Positions 7,981 to 15,797 of a stretch of 24,000 nucleotides of DNA are shown in pieces. A model generated the notes under the pieces. It had not been told where the DNA came from and made no database searches. It saw nothing but the letters and a program-made list of their open reading frames with translations. Location of the stretch: assembly GCF_014250685.1 (NCBI RefSeq), contig NZ_JACFAJ010000001.1:322120-346119 (forward strand). The letters run 5' to 3'. Within the stretch, counting starts at the first letter, position 1. Every line of letters starts with the position of its first letter. The translations under genes and the position numbers were made by a program. The stretch comes from Cetobacterium sp. 2A (GTDB taxonomy: Bacteria; Fusobacteriota; Fusobacteriia; Fusobacteriales; Fusobacteriaceae).

Positions 7981-10180
7981 ATCTATTAAAAAAGTCGATA
8001 GTATCGGAGTTATTACTGGAATACCATCATATACTGATGATTTATGTTTAAATAATAATCCACTTATAATAAAAATATTGAGATCTCCCCATGCTTTTGC
8101 AAAAATAAAAAGTATAAATACAGATATAGCTAAAAAAGTTCCAGGAGTTGAAGCTATATTCACTCATTTCGATACTCCTAAAACTAGATTTACTCTTGCA
8201 GGACAAGGTTATCCTGAGCCGTCTCCATATGACAGAAGAATATTAGACGAATATGTTAGATATGTTGGAGATGCTGTAGCAATAATAGCTGCTGAAGATG
8301 AAAAATCTGCCAAAAAAGCCATGAAATTAATAAAAGTTGAATACGAAATATTGGACGCTGTTATAGATTATGAAAAAGCTACAGAATCTAAAACTATAGT
8401 GCATCCTGAAGATGTTTTTACAAATTTCGATATTGGATTAGAGAAGGAAAAAAATATAGCTTCAAAATATTTTCAAGAGAAACCTGGAGTAGAAGATGGA
8501 TTTAAAAATAGTGATGTAGTTATTGAAAGAACTTACTACACTCAACCTCAAATTCATGCTATGATGGAGACTTATCGTTCTTTAAGTTATTTAGATACTA
8601 ATGGAAGATTAACAGTTATCTCTTCTACTCAAATTCCTTTCCATGTGAGAAGACATTTAGCTAGAGCTCTTGAAATTCCAGCAGGAAAAATTAGAGTTAT
8701 CAAACCTAGAATAGGTGGAGGATTCGGAGGAAAACAAACAGCAGCTACTGAAATATACTCTGCTTTTGTTACTCTAAAAACAGGAAAACCTTCAAAAATT
8801 ATATATGATAGAAGGGAAACTCATACTTGTACAACAACTAGACATGCTATGAGAATAACAGTAAAAATTGGATCTGATTTACAGGGTAATATTAAAGCAA
8901 TCGATATTAATACTCTATCAAATACGGGAGCTTATGGAGAACATGCTCCAACAGTTACACCTCTTGTAGCTTTTAAAACATTCCCTCTGTATGACAAAGT
9001 ACCTATGAGATTGAATGCAACTATAGTTTATTCAAACACTACAGTTGGTGGAGCTTTTAGAGGGTATGGAGCAACACAGGGGACTTTTGCTGTTGAATCC
9101 GCAATAAATGAACTTGCTCATGAGTTAAAGTTAGATTCAACTGAAGTAAGATTGAAAAATCTTGTAGAACCATCTCCAGAAAAATATGTAACAAGTGGTG
9201 ATATTAAAAAATGTGTTGAAATTGGAAAAGAAAGTTTCAACTGGAAAGAAAAATCAAAAGTCAGAGATATGGGAAATGGAAAAGTTAGAGCAGCAGGAAT
9301 GGCTGTAACTATGCAGGGTTCAGGTATCGGTGGTATTGATACTGCTGCTGCAACTATAAAGTTTAGTGATAGAGGTGACTTCAACCTTTTCGTTGGTGTT
9401 ACTGATATGGGACAAGGATGCGACACTATTTTAAGTCAAATGGCAGCTGAAATTCTAGAAGTTCCTTTAGAAAAAATAATAATCCATTCAGCTGACACTG
9501 ATATTTCACCTTATGATCCTGGAGCTTATGCTTCAAGTGGAACTTACGTAACAGGTAATGCTGTAATAATTGCTGCTGAAAAAATGAAAAATGAAATTTT
9601 AAAAGGCACAAGTAAGCTTTTAAATATTCCAGAAGATGAAATTAATTATTCAGATCTTTCTTTAGAGGATTTAGGACAAAGACTTATTTCTTATGAAGGA
9701 ATGAATCAAATAACTACGACAGGAACTTGGGGTGGACCAAAATCTCCTCCTCCATTTATAGCAGGATTTGCTGAAGTTGAAGTAGATACATTTACTGGTG
9801 AAATAGAAGTTTTAGACTTTCTTTCAGTTGTAGATTGTGGAACAAGAATTAATCCAAATCTTGCTCAGGTTCAAGTGGAAGGAGGAACTGTTCAAGGAAT
9901 TGGCCTTGCTCTTACTGAAGATATTCAATTTAATAAAAATGGAAAACTTATGACAGATACACTTATGCAATATAAGATTCCATCGAGAAAAGATTTTAAA
10001 AGTATTAGAGTTGAATTTGTAGATTCTTATGAAGCTTCAGGACCATTTGGTGCAAAGTCAATTGGAGAAATTGTTATAAATTCTCCCGCTCCAGCTATAG
10101 CTGATGCAGTTTATAAAGCGTCTGGAGTAAGAGTTAGAAACTTACCAATAACAGCAGAAAAAGTTCTTTTAGGAAAATAA
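7964..10180 (+). CDS. Molybdopterin-binding (large) subunit, xanthine dehydrogenase/aldehyde oxidase family; substrate uncertain
   Basis: Family motifs are present: GGGFGGKQ, GGAFRGYGATQG and a C-terminal GAKSIGE. The start was moved to ATG 7964 (MKIVNKSIKKVDS; GGAGG at 7947-7951). The track's 7886 start would overlap the Fe-S subunit by 95 nt. Confidence 0.9.
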   Translation: MKIVNKSIKKVDSIGVITGIPSYTDDLCLNNNPLIIKILRSPHAFAKIKSINTDIAKKVPGVEAIFTHFDTPKTRFTLAGQGYPEPSPYDRRILDEYVRYVGDAVAIIAAEDEKSAKKAMKLIKVEYEILDAVIDYEKATESKTIVHPEDVFTNFDIGLEKEKNIASKYFQEKPGVEDGFKNSDVVIERTYYTQPQIHAMMETYRSLSYLDTNGRLTVISSTQIPFHVRRHLARALEIPAGKIRVIKPRIGGGFGGKQTAATEIYSAFVTLKTGKPSKIIYDRRETHTCTTTRHAMRITVKIGSDLQGNIKAIDINTLSNTGAYGEHAPTVTPLVAFKTFPLYDKVPMRLNATIVYSNTTVGGAFRGYGATQGTFAVESAINELAHELKLDSTEVRLKNLVEPSPEKYVTSGDIKKCVEIGKESFNWKEKSKVRDMGNGKVRAAGMAVTMQGSGIGGIDTAAATIKFSDRGDFNLFVGVTDMGQGCDTILSQMAAEILEVPLEKIIIHSADTDISPYDPGAYASSGTYVTGNAVIIAAEKMKNEILKGTSKLLNIPEDEINYSDLSLEDLGQRLISYEGMNQITTTGTWGGPKSPPPFIAGFAEVEVDTFTGEIEVLDFLSVVDCGTRINPNLAQVQVEGGTVQGIGLALTEDIQFNKNGKLMTDTLMQYKIPSRKDFKSIRVEFVDSYEASGPFGAKSIGEIVINSPAPAIADAVYKASGVRVRNLPITAEKVLLGK

Positions 10181-10228
10181 AAAAAAGGAAGGATATTTCA
10201 ATTAATTTTGAATATCCTTCCTTTTTTT
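10179..10228. terminator. Bidirectional Rho-independent terminator between convergent operons
   Basis: GGAAGGATATT (10187-10197) pairs with AATATCCTTCC (10211-10221). It is flanked by an A run upstream and a T run downstream. Confidence 0.8.
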
Positions 10229-11516
10229 ATCTAAAGAATCTATTATATTTTTCTAGTAAAATTTCTTTAATAGTATCTAATGACGGATTTTTAGAATTTT
10301 CTTCAATTATTTTTAAAAATTCATTTAAATCTATCTTTTCATCTAAATATTTTTCATCATATCTTTGAATAAGATTAGAAATATATAAGATTTCTTCATC
10401 TCTGAATTTTTCACTCAAATATTTATCGGCATTAGCTATCTGTTTTAAATGTGGATATATTTTATTTTTTATTAGATTTAGATTTAAAGTGAAATTATTC
10501 TTCATTCTGTAAATTGCTGGAATTAAGTATTCTATTATTTCATCTGCCAATCCATCATATTTTAAAAAGTTGGTATTTAATGTTACAGATAATTTTTTTA
10601 AACAATCTTTTGTAAATAACTCTATATTGAGTCTTTCTTCTTGCAGATTTTTTGATTGTGATCCGCTTATAAAATATTCTGTTAGATGTAATAATTCGAA
10701 GGTTAGTTTCTCTGATATTAGGTCCTTTAATGAAGATTTTACAATTTCATATTGAGGTAGAGTTATTAAATAATTTTGATTATTTTTTCTCTCAATAAAT
10801 TTTTTAGAATTTATTCTTTCTAAAGTTACTAAAAGATAAAAAATCATTATTTCTTTAAAACTCTCTTCAAATTTTGATTCTAATGATTTTTCCACAATAT
10901 CTATAGTATTTATTATCTGTGCTAAATTTGATATTTCTATCCAGTCAAATATTATTCCTGATTTCTTTTTATGATTTATATCAAAAGTTTTCCTCTCTTT
11001 TATAAATAAATTGTTTATTTGGAAATGTTCTAAGATTTTCATCATTTTTAAATGTCTCAGTTTTTTTTCATTTCCACAAATCATAAAATAATTATTTTTT
11101 AGCTCCAATTTAATTTGATATTTTTCAATATTTTCATTAAGCTGAATAATATCCTTTTTTAATGTTCCTCTAGTTATATCCAGTTTTCTTTCTATCGAAC
11201 TTAATGTAACTTTATCTTTGAATAAAAAAATCAATAAAATATCTTCTATTCTCTCCTCTTGTTCCATTACATATATATCGTTATAAACATAATTCAAAAA
11301 AATGTCCATTTCCTCTTGGCTTAAGGAGATGGACATTTTCATTTTTTCTTTTACTATTTTTTTATTTAGTATTTTTTCTAAATAATGGTTTAAGTTCTCT
11401 ACAATATATCTCAGGTTTCTTTCACTAATCTCAGTAGCTATAGAAAGCTCTTTCACTGATATTAAATTTTTATTTATTTTTAACAAAACATCGATATCTT
11501 TTCTTTTTAAACTCAT
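10227..11516 (-). CDS. Transcriptional regulator with N-terminal HTH domain(s) and PRD-like region (Mga/LicR/BglG-like), lacking EIIB/EIIA domains
   Basis: 429 aa. There are two HTH-like segments (ISVKELSIATEISERNLRYIVENL and VTLSSIERKLDITRGTLKKDIIQL). These are followed by helical regions resembling PRD modules (FKEIMIFYLLVTLERI and EIIEYLIPAIYRMKNN). An AGGTGA RBS lies 25 nt downstream of the malY-like stop. The domain call is by pattern only. Confidence 0.5.
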   Translation of the reverse strand: MSLKRKDIDVLLKINKNLISVKELSIATEISERNLRYIVENLNHYLEKILNKKIVKEKMKMSISLSQEEMDIFLNYVYNDIYVMEQEERIEDILLIFLFKDKVTLSSIERKLDITRGTLKKDIIQLNENIEKYQIKLELKNNYFMICGNEKKLRHLKMMKILEHFQINNLFIKERKTFDINHKKKSGIIFDWIEISNLAQIINTIDIVEKSLESKFEESFKEIMIFYLLVTLERINSKKFIERKNNQNYLITLPQYEIVKSSLKDLISEKLTFELLHLTEYFISGSQSKNLQEERLNIELFTKDCLKKLSVTLNTNFLKYDGLADEIIEYLIPAIYRMKNNFTLNLNLIKNKIYPHLKQIANADKYLSEKFRDEEILYISNLIQRYDEKYLDEKIDLNEFLKIIEENSKNPSLDTIKEILLEKYNRFFR

Positions 11517-11541
11517 GTCATCACCTAGAATTATTATAACC

Positions 11542-12708
11542 TTAATTCATTAGTTTTTCAATAGCTCTCTTTATACCATTTACTCCGACTTTTACTTTTT
11601 CCATAGGACATCCAACATTCAATCTTATTTTATGCTTATCTCCATACATCTCACCTGACATTATTGCAACTTTCCCTTCTTCTATAAGGGCCTTTTGAAA
11701 TTGTTCTTGAGAAATATTTAAATTTTTAAATCCTATCCACATAAGATATGTAGCCTCTGGTATATAAACTTCTAATCCTTTATATCCATCTAGCTCCTTC
11801 ATAACGTACTCACAGTTCTTATCTATATATTCATTTAAACTATTTACCCAATATTCACATTTATTATAAGCTGTTATTGTAGATAAAACTGAGAATATTG
11901 TTGGTGAAGAAACTGAATCTACATTCTTAAGATGATGTAAAAATTTCTCTCTAATTTCATCTTGAGGAATTATTCCATATGATCCTCCAAGAGATGGTAT
12001 ATTAAAAGTTTTTGATGTAGAACTTAAAATTATACTATACTCAGAGTCAATTTTTAAAACAGGGGTATATTTCTTTCTTGTAATATCCATATGAATATCA
12101 TCCGATATCAAATATACTTTATATTTTTTACAAAGCTTAGTAAGTTTTATAAGTTCATCTTCTGTCCACACTTTTCCCACAGGATTTTCTGGATTACAAA
12201 GTAAAAATGCTGAAACTCCATCTTTAAATCCTTCTTCTATTTTTTCAAAATCAGTTACATAATTCCCTTTTGAAATCTCTTTTAACTCAATCTCATAAAG
12301 ATTATAATTAGATAAAAATTTTGTGAATCCATCATATCTAGGTGTGTGTGTCATAACTTTTCTATCATTGTCCAATAAAATTTCTAAAAGTAAATTTATA
12401 GAATAAAGAACTGACGGAGCATATATAACCCAATCTTCTTTAATTATAGTTTCATATCTTTTTTCAAACCAGCTTTGAATAGAACTTTTATACTCAGTAT
12501 GGTTCCAACGAGAATATCCAAATATACCATGTTGAGTTCTTTCTACAATCTCTTCCAATATTTCAGGAGCAGCTTGAAAATCTGTATCTGATATAGAAAA
12601 TGGAGTTAAATCTCCATTTCCTTTACCAAATCTGTCCTCTATATAATCCCACTGAGTACAAAAAGTACCTCTTCTATCTATTACTTTATTAAAATCCATT
12701 TTTTCCAC
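11542..12708 (-). CDS. malY: PLP-dependent C-S beta-lyase of the MalY/PatB family (aminotransferase class I/II fold)
   Basis: 388 aa. The N-terminal FNKVIDRRGTFCTQWDY..DRFG and GYSRW, the PLP-lysine motif STSKTFNIPSLGG, and the C-terminal KALIEEGKVAIMSG all closely follow E. coli MalY as I recall it. Confidence 0.8.
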   Translation of the reverse strand: MEKMDFNKVIDRRGTFCTQWDYIEDRFGKGNGDLTPFSISDTDFQAAPEILEEIVERTQHGIFGYSRWNHTEYKSSIQSWFEKRYETIIKEDWVIYAPSVLYSINLLLEILLDNDRKVMTHTPRYDGFTKFLSNYNLYEIELKEISKGNYVTDFEKIEEGFKDGVSAFLLCNPENPVGKVWTEDELIKLTKLCKKYKVYLISDDIHMDITRKKYTPVLKIDSEYSIILSSTSKTFNIPSLGGSYGIIPQDEIREKFLHHLKNVDSVSSPTIFSVLSTITAYNKCEYWVNSLNEYIDKNCEYVMKELDGYKGLEVYIPEATYLMWIGFKNLNISQEQFQKALIEEGKVAIMSGEMYGDKHKIRLNVGCPMEKVKVGVNGIKRAIEKLMN

Positions 12709-12720
12709 CTTTTTAAAGTT

Positions 12721-14262
12721 TTAAATTAATTTTTGCAGTTGTTTTTTTAGAATCTGAACTTTTGTTCCAATTATTACTTGAACATTCGTATCGTTTAATT
12801 TAACTACATTAACTGCTCCAGCTGCTTTTACGGCATCTGTATCAACAAGATTCGCATCTTTCACAACAAGTCTTAATCTAGTTATACAATTATCAAGTGT
12901 CACTATATTATCTTTTCCACCAAGAGCCTCTAACATAATTTTAGCAGTATATCCTCCGATATCTCCACTGCTAACAGCTTCTCTAGCTAATTCTGAATTA
13001 TCTCTTCCAGGAGTTAAAATATTATATTTTTCAATATACCATTTAAATACTACATAATAAACAGTGAACCAAAGCATTCCTACTGGAAGTACAAGATACC
13101 ATTTTGTCCAAGTACCTTGTAAAACTCCAAATATTAAAAAGTCAATTATATTTCCATCTGTATTTCCAATTATAAGTTTTAATATTCCCATTACCATAAA
13201 TCCAAGTCCAGTCATAATTGAATGGAATACATAAAGAGCAGGTGCAATAAATAAGAATATGAATTCAATAGGTTCTGTTATTCCTCCTACTGCTGCTGCA
13301 ACTACCGCTGAAATTAAAAGCCCTTTTACTTTAGTTTTATTTTCTGCAAAAGCTGACTTATACATAGCTAGTGCTGCCCCTGTAAGACCAAAAATAAACG
13401 TTGGCATCTTTCCTTGAGAAAGAAATCTTGTATACTCTGGAGATACAAATTCAGGCCCTTTAGAAAATTGATGATAGAATATATTTAGTGCTCCTGTTAT
13501 AGTTTCTCCAGATTCTGTAATTATTTTTCCTCCAGCCTCTGTGAATCTCATCGTAGCAACTAAAATATGATGAAGTCCAAACGGTAATAATAATCTTTCT
13601 CCATCTCCAAATAAGAATGGTCCAAAATTTCCAGATTTTTGTATAATTGCTCCAACTTGGTTGATAACAGCTGCAAAGTAAGGCCAAATAAGTGGAACTG
13701 CTAAACCAACTATTGACATCAATACAACTGTAGCTATAGCTACAAATCTAGTTCCTCCAAAGAAAGAAAAAGCATCTGGTAATTCAACATATTGAAATTT
13801 TTCATGTATTAAGAAAACTAAAATTCCACAGATAAGAGCACCTAAAGCTCCTGTATCTATACTTTGTATTCCCATTATCATCTTTGTATCTGTAACAGCC
13901 ATTATTCCCTTACTAGAAAGATAGAAATTTGTTCCTAACTGCATAGATATATAACCTAAAAGTCCTGAAAATGCAGCTATTTCTTTATTTTCTCTAGCAA
14001 GTCCCAATGGAATAGCTACCGCAAACATTAAAGGTAAAAAATTAAATGCAACCAAACTTATTTTTATCATAAAATTAAATAATAGTTGTAAAAATGAATT
14101 CCCTAAGAATGGAAACATTTCAATAGTTTTTCCACCTGTAAATGCTGATCCTATTCCTAAGAATATTCCCATTGCAGCTAATAACGCTACTGGTAATGTG
14201 AAAGTTTTTCCCAAATTTTGGAAAAATTCCCAACCGCTTATTTTATTGATTTTATCAGACAT
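12721..14262 (-). CDS. malX: PTS glucose-family EIICB component, MalX-like (no EIIA domain)
   Basis: EIIC membrane domain (GERLLLPFGLHHILV, GNTDGNIIDF) followed by a C-terminal EIIB with the phospho-Cys motif LDNCITRLRL. There is strong resemblance to E. coli MalX from the N-terminus (WEFFQNLGKTF.LPVALL) to the C-terminus. The start was moved to ATG 14262 (MSDKINK), because GGGAGG lies immediately upstream and contains the track's earlier ATG context. Confidence 0.85.
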   Translation of the reverse strand: MSDKINKISGWEFFQNLGKTFTLPVALLAAMGIFLGIGSAFTGGKTIEMFPFLGNSFLQLLFNFMIKISLVAFNFLPLMFAVAIPLGLARENKEIAAFSGLLGYISMQLGTNFYLSSKGIMAVTDTKMIMGIQSIDTGALGALICGILVFLIHEKFQYVELPDAFSFFGGTRFVAIATVVLMSIVGLAVPLIWPYFAAVINQVGAIIQKSGNFGPFLFGDGERLLLPFGLHHILVATMRFTEAGGKIITESGETITGALNIFYHQFSKGPEFVSPEYTRFLSQGKMPTFIFGLTGAALAMYKSAFAENKTKVKGLLISAVVAAAVGGITEPIEFIFLFIAPALYVFHSIMTGLGFMVMGILKLIIGNTDGNIIDFLIFGVLQGTWTKWYLVLPVGMLWFTVYYVVFKWYIEKYNILTPGRDNSELAREAVSSGDIGGYTAKIMLEALGGKDNIVTLDNCITRLRLVVKDANLVDTDAVKAAGAVNVVKLNDTNVQVIIGTKVQILKKQLQKLI

Positions 14263-14295
14263 TGTTCCTCCCAAGTTTATAATTTTATATCTAAA

Positions 14296-14324
14296 ATTAT
14301 ACTTTTAAAGTTTATTTTGTTCAA
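14296..14324 (-). promoter_or_regulatory. Candidate promoter of the malX-malY-regulator operon
   Basis: On the minus strand: TTGAAC (14324-14319), a 17-nt spacer, then TATAAT (14301-14296). This lies about 35 nt upstream of the malX-like ATG. Confidence 0.5.
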
Positions 14325-14368
14325 CTATAATTTCATTTCACTTTTTTCGGAACTATTTTAATACCTTT

Positions 14369-14400
14369 ATATTTATTAAATATTTATTAAATATTTAAAA
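14369..14400. repeat. Tandem 11-bp AT-rich repeat (ATATTTATTAA x2 plus a partial third copy)
   Basis: Copies are at 14369-14379 and 14380-14390, with the partial copy ATATTTAAAA at 14391-14400. The repeat lies 45-80 bp upstream of the putative -35 of the malX-like promoter. Confidence 0.6.
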
Positions 14401-14401
14401 T

Positions 14402-14440
14402 TAAAAAAGAGGACCCCTAGAATAAATCTAAGATCCCTCT
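14402..14440 (-). terminator. Rho-independent terminator after the HAD-IIA gene
   Basis: On the minus strand, GAGGGAUCUUAGA pairs with UCUAGGGGUCCUC (one mismatch and several G-U pairs), followed by a U run. Confidence 0.6.
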
Positions 14441-14471
14441 CAAAATAAAAGCAAATATTAGTTCCATATCA

Positions 14472-15257
14472 TTAATATATTTTTATCTCAGCAACACTAT
14501 CTATGGTATACATTGGTTTATATATACTTTCACTATCTTTTGTTGCTTCTCCTGTTAAAACTAAGATAGTATTACAACCATTTATATTCCCTGAAGCTAT
14601 ATCAGTGTATAGTCTATCTCCCACTATTACCACTTCATCTTTTTCTAAACTTAAATTCTTTAATGCGTAATCTAGCATAATTTTTTTAGGTTTTCCAAAA
14701 TACTTAGGTGTTTTTTTTATACATAGTTCTATCATATTGCAGATAGCTCTACAATCAGGTAAGAATATCCCTCCCTGAACTGGATATACTAAATCTTCAT
14801 TCGCTGCTAAATATTCTACATCACCATGTAAAAGTTCACAAGCAATTTCTAATTTTTTATAATTTAATTCAGAATCTAATGTTACAACAACTATATCTAT
14901 TTCAGAAAATTCAAATTCATCATTTTCATCAACTATATTTATATCCAAATTTTTGCAATAGTTTTTATAATCTTTTGTTCCTACTATAAATATCTTTTTA
15001 TTTTTACAACTATTCTTTAGATAATCAGCTAATACTACTCCTGCTGTTATCACCTCTTTTAACTCAATATCGATTCCTAATTTTTTAAATTTTTCTATAT
15101 AACTTTTCGGATTTTTAGATGAGTTATTTGTGTAAAAACCTATCGTTTTTCCCTTTTTTCTTAACTCCTCTATTTTTTCCTTGGCACCAGATATTAAAAC
15201 ATCTCCCAAAAGTAATGTTCCATCTATATCAAATAGATATCCTTTATAATCTTTCAT
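14472..15257 (-). CDS. HAD superfamily subfamily IIA phosphatase (NagD-like sugar/organophosphate phosphatase)
   Basis: 261 aa. HAD motif I is YLFDIDGTL, the NagD-like core includes FYTNNS, and motif IV is VIVGDRLYTDI, followed by ILVLTG. The overall layout resembles E. coli NagD. The gene overlaps the upstream MgtC-family gene by 14 nt. Confidence 0.8.
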   Translation of the reverse strand: MKDYKGYLFDIDGTLLLGDVLISGAKEKIEELRKKGKTIGFYTNNSSKNPKSYIEKFKKLGIDIELKEVITAGVVLADYLKNSCKNKKIFIVGTKDYKNYCKNLDINIVDENDEFEFSEIDIVVVTLDSELNYKKLEIACELLHGDVEYLAANEDLVYPVQGGIFLPDCRAICNMIELCIKKTPKYFGKPKKIMLDYALKNLSLEKDEVVIVGDRLYTDIASGNINGCNTILVLTGEATKDSESIYKPMYTIDSVAEIKIY

Positions 15258-15777
15258 CTATTTTTTGCCCCTCTTTTTCCAAATTATATTTAACTGCTTT
15301 TTTATTTTTCACCATTGTTATAACTTTTCTTTCTAATATTTTCATACCTATTAAAGTTAAAACTACTATTAAAAAAGATACTGTGGATAGAAAAATAAAA
15401 CCATAACCTACTGCTAGCCCAATAGCTGCCGTTATCCATAAAGTAGCCGCTGTTGTTATTCCTGAAACTTTATCATTTGAATAAACTATAGCTCCTCCAC
15501 CTATAAATCCTACTCCCGTTATAACTTGAGCTGACAGTCTTGTTATATCCAATTTATAACTCTCTATGAGATTAGGCTGAGCTGTTATTAAGTTTATTTG
15601 TCTGATTAATAGTTCTTCTTGTAAAAGTGCTATTGTTGTAGAACCTAAACATACCAAAATTAAAGTTACAAATCCTGCTGATTTATTCTTTAATTCTCTT
15701 TCTAGTCCTATACACCCCCCCAATATTGAAGAAACTATTAATCTAAATAATATTTCTGTTGACCCCAACCCACTCAT
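15244..15777 (-). CDS. MgtC/SapB family membrane protein
   Basis: 177 aa. It has the N-terminal family signature LIVSSILGGCIGLERELKNKSAGF, then several TM helices and a short soluble tail. Confidence 0.75.
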   Translation of the reverse strand: MSGLGSTEILFRLIVSSILGGCIGLERELKNKSAGFVTLILVCLGSTTIALLQEELLIRQINLITAQPNLIESYKLDITRLSAQVITGVGFIGGGAIVYSNDKVSGITTAATLWITAAIGLAVGYGFIFLSTVSFLIVVLTLIGMKILERKVITMVKNKKAVKYNLEKEGQKIDERL

Positions 15778-15797
15778 ATTATAACCTCATTTCAGCT

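Noticed and set aside
14263-14274. Upstream alternative starts for several genes: malX-like at 14274, and similarly dctQ at 18719, dctM at 18195 and DhaK-like at 2573.
   Set aside because: In three cases (14274, 18719 and 2573) the earlier ATG is part of, or immediately adjacent to, the Shine-Dalgarno sequence that serves the next in-frame ATG. For dctM, the later ATG (18168) instead overlaps the dctQ stop as TAATG, which suggests translational coupling.
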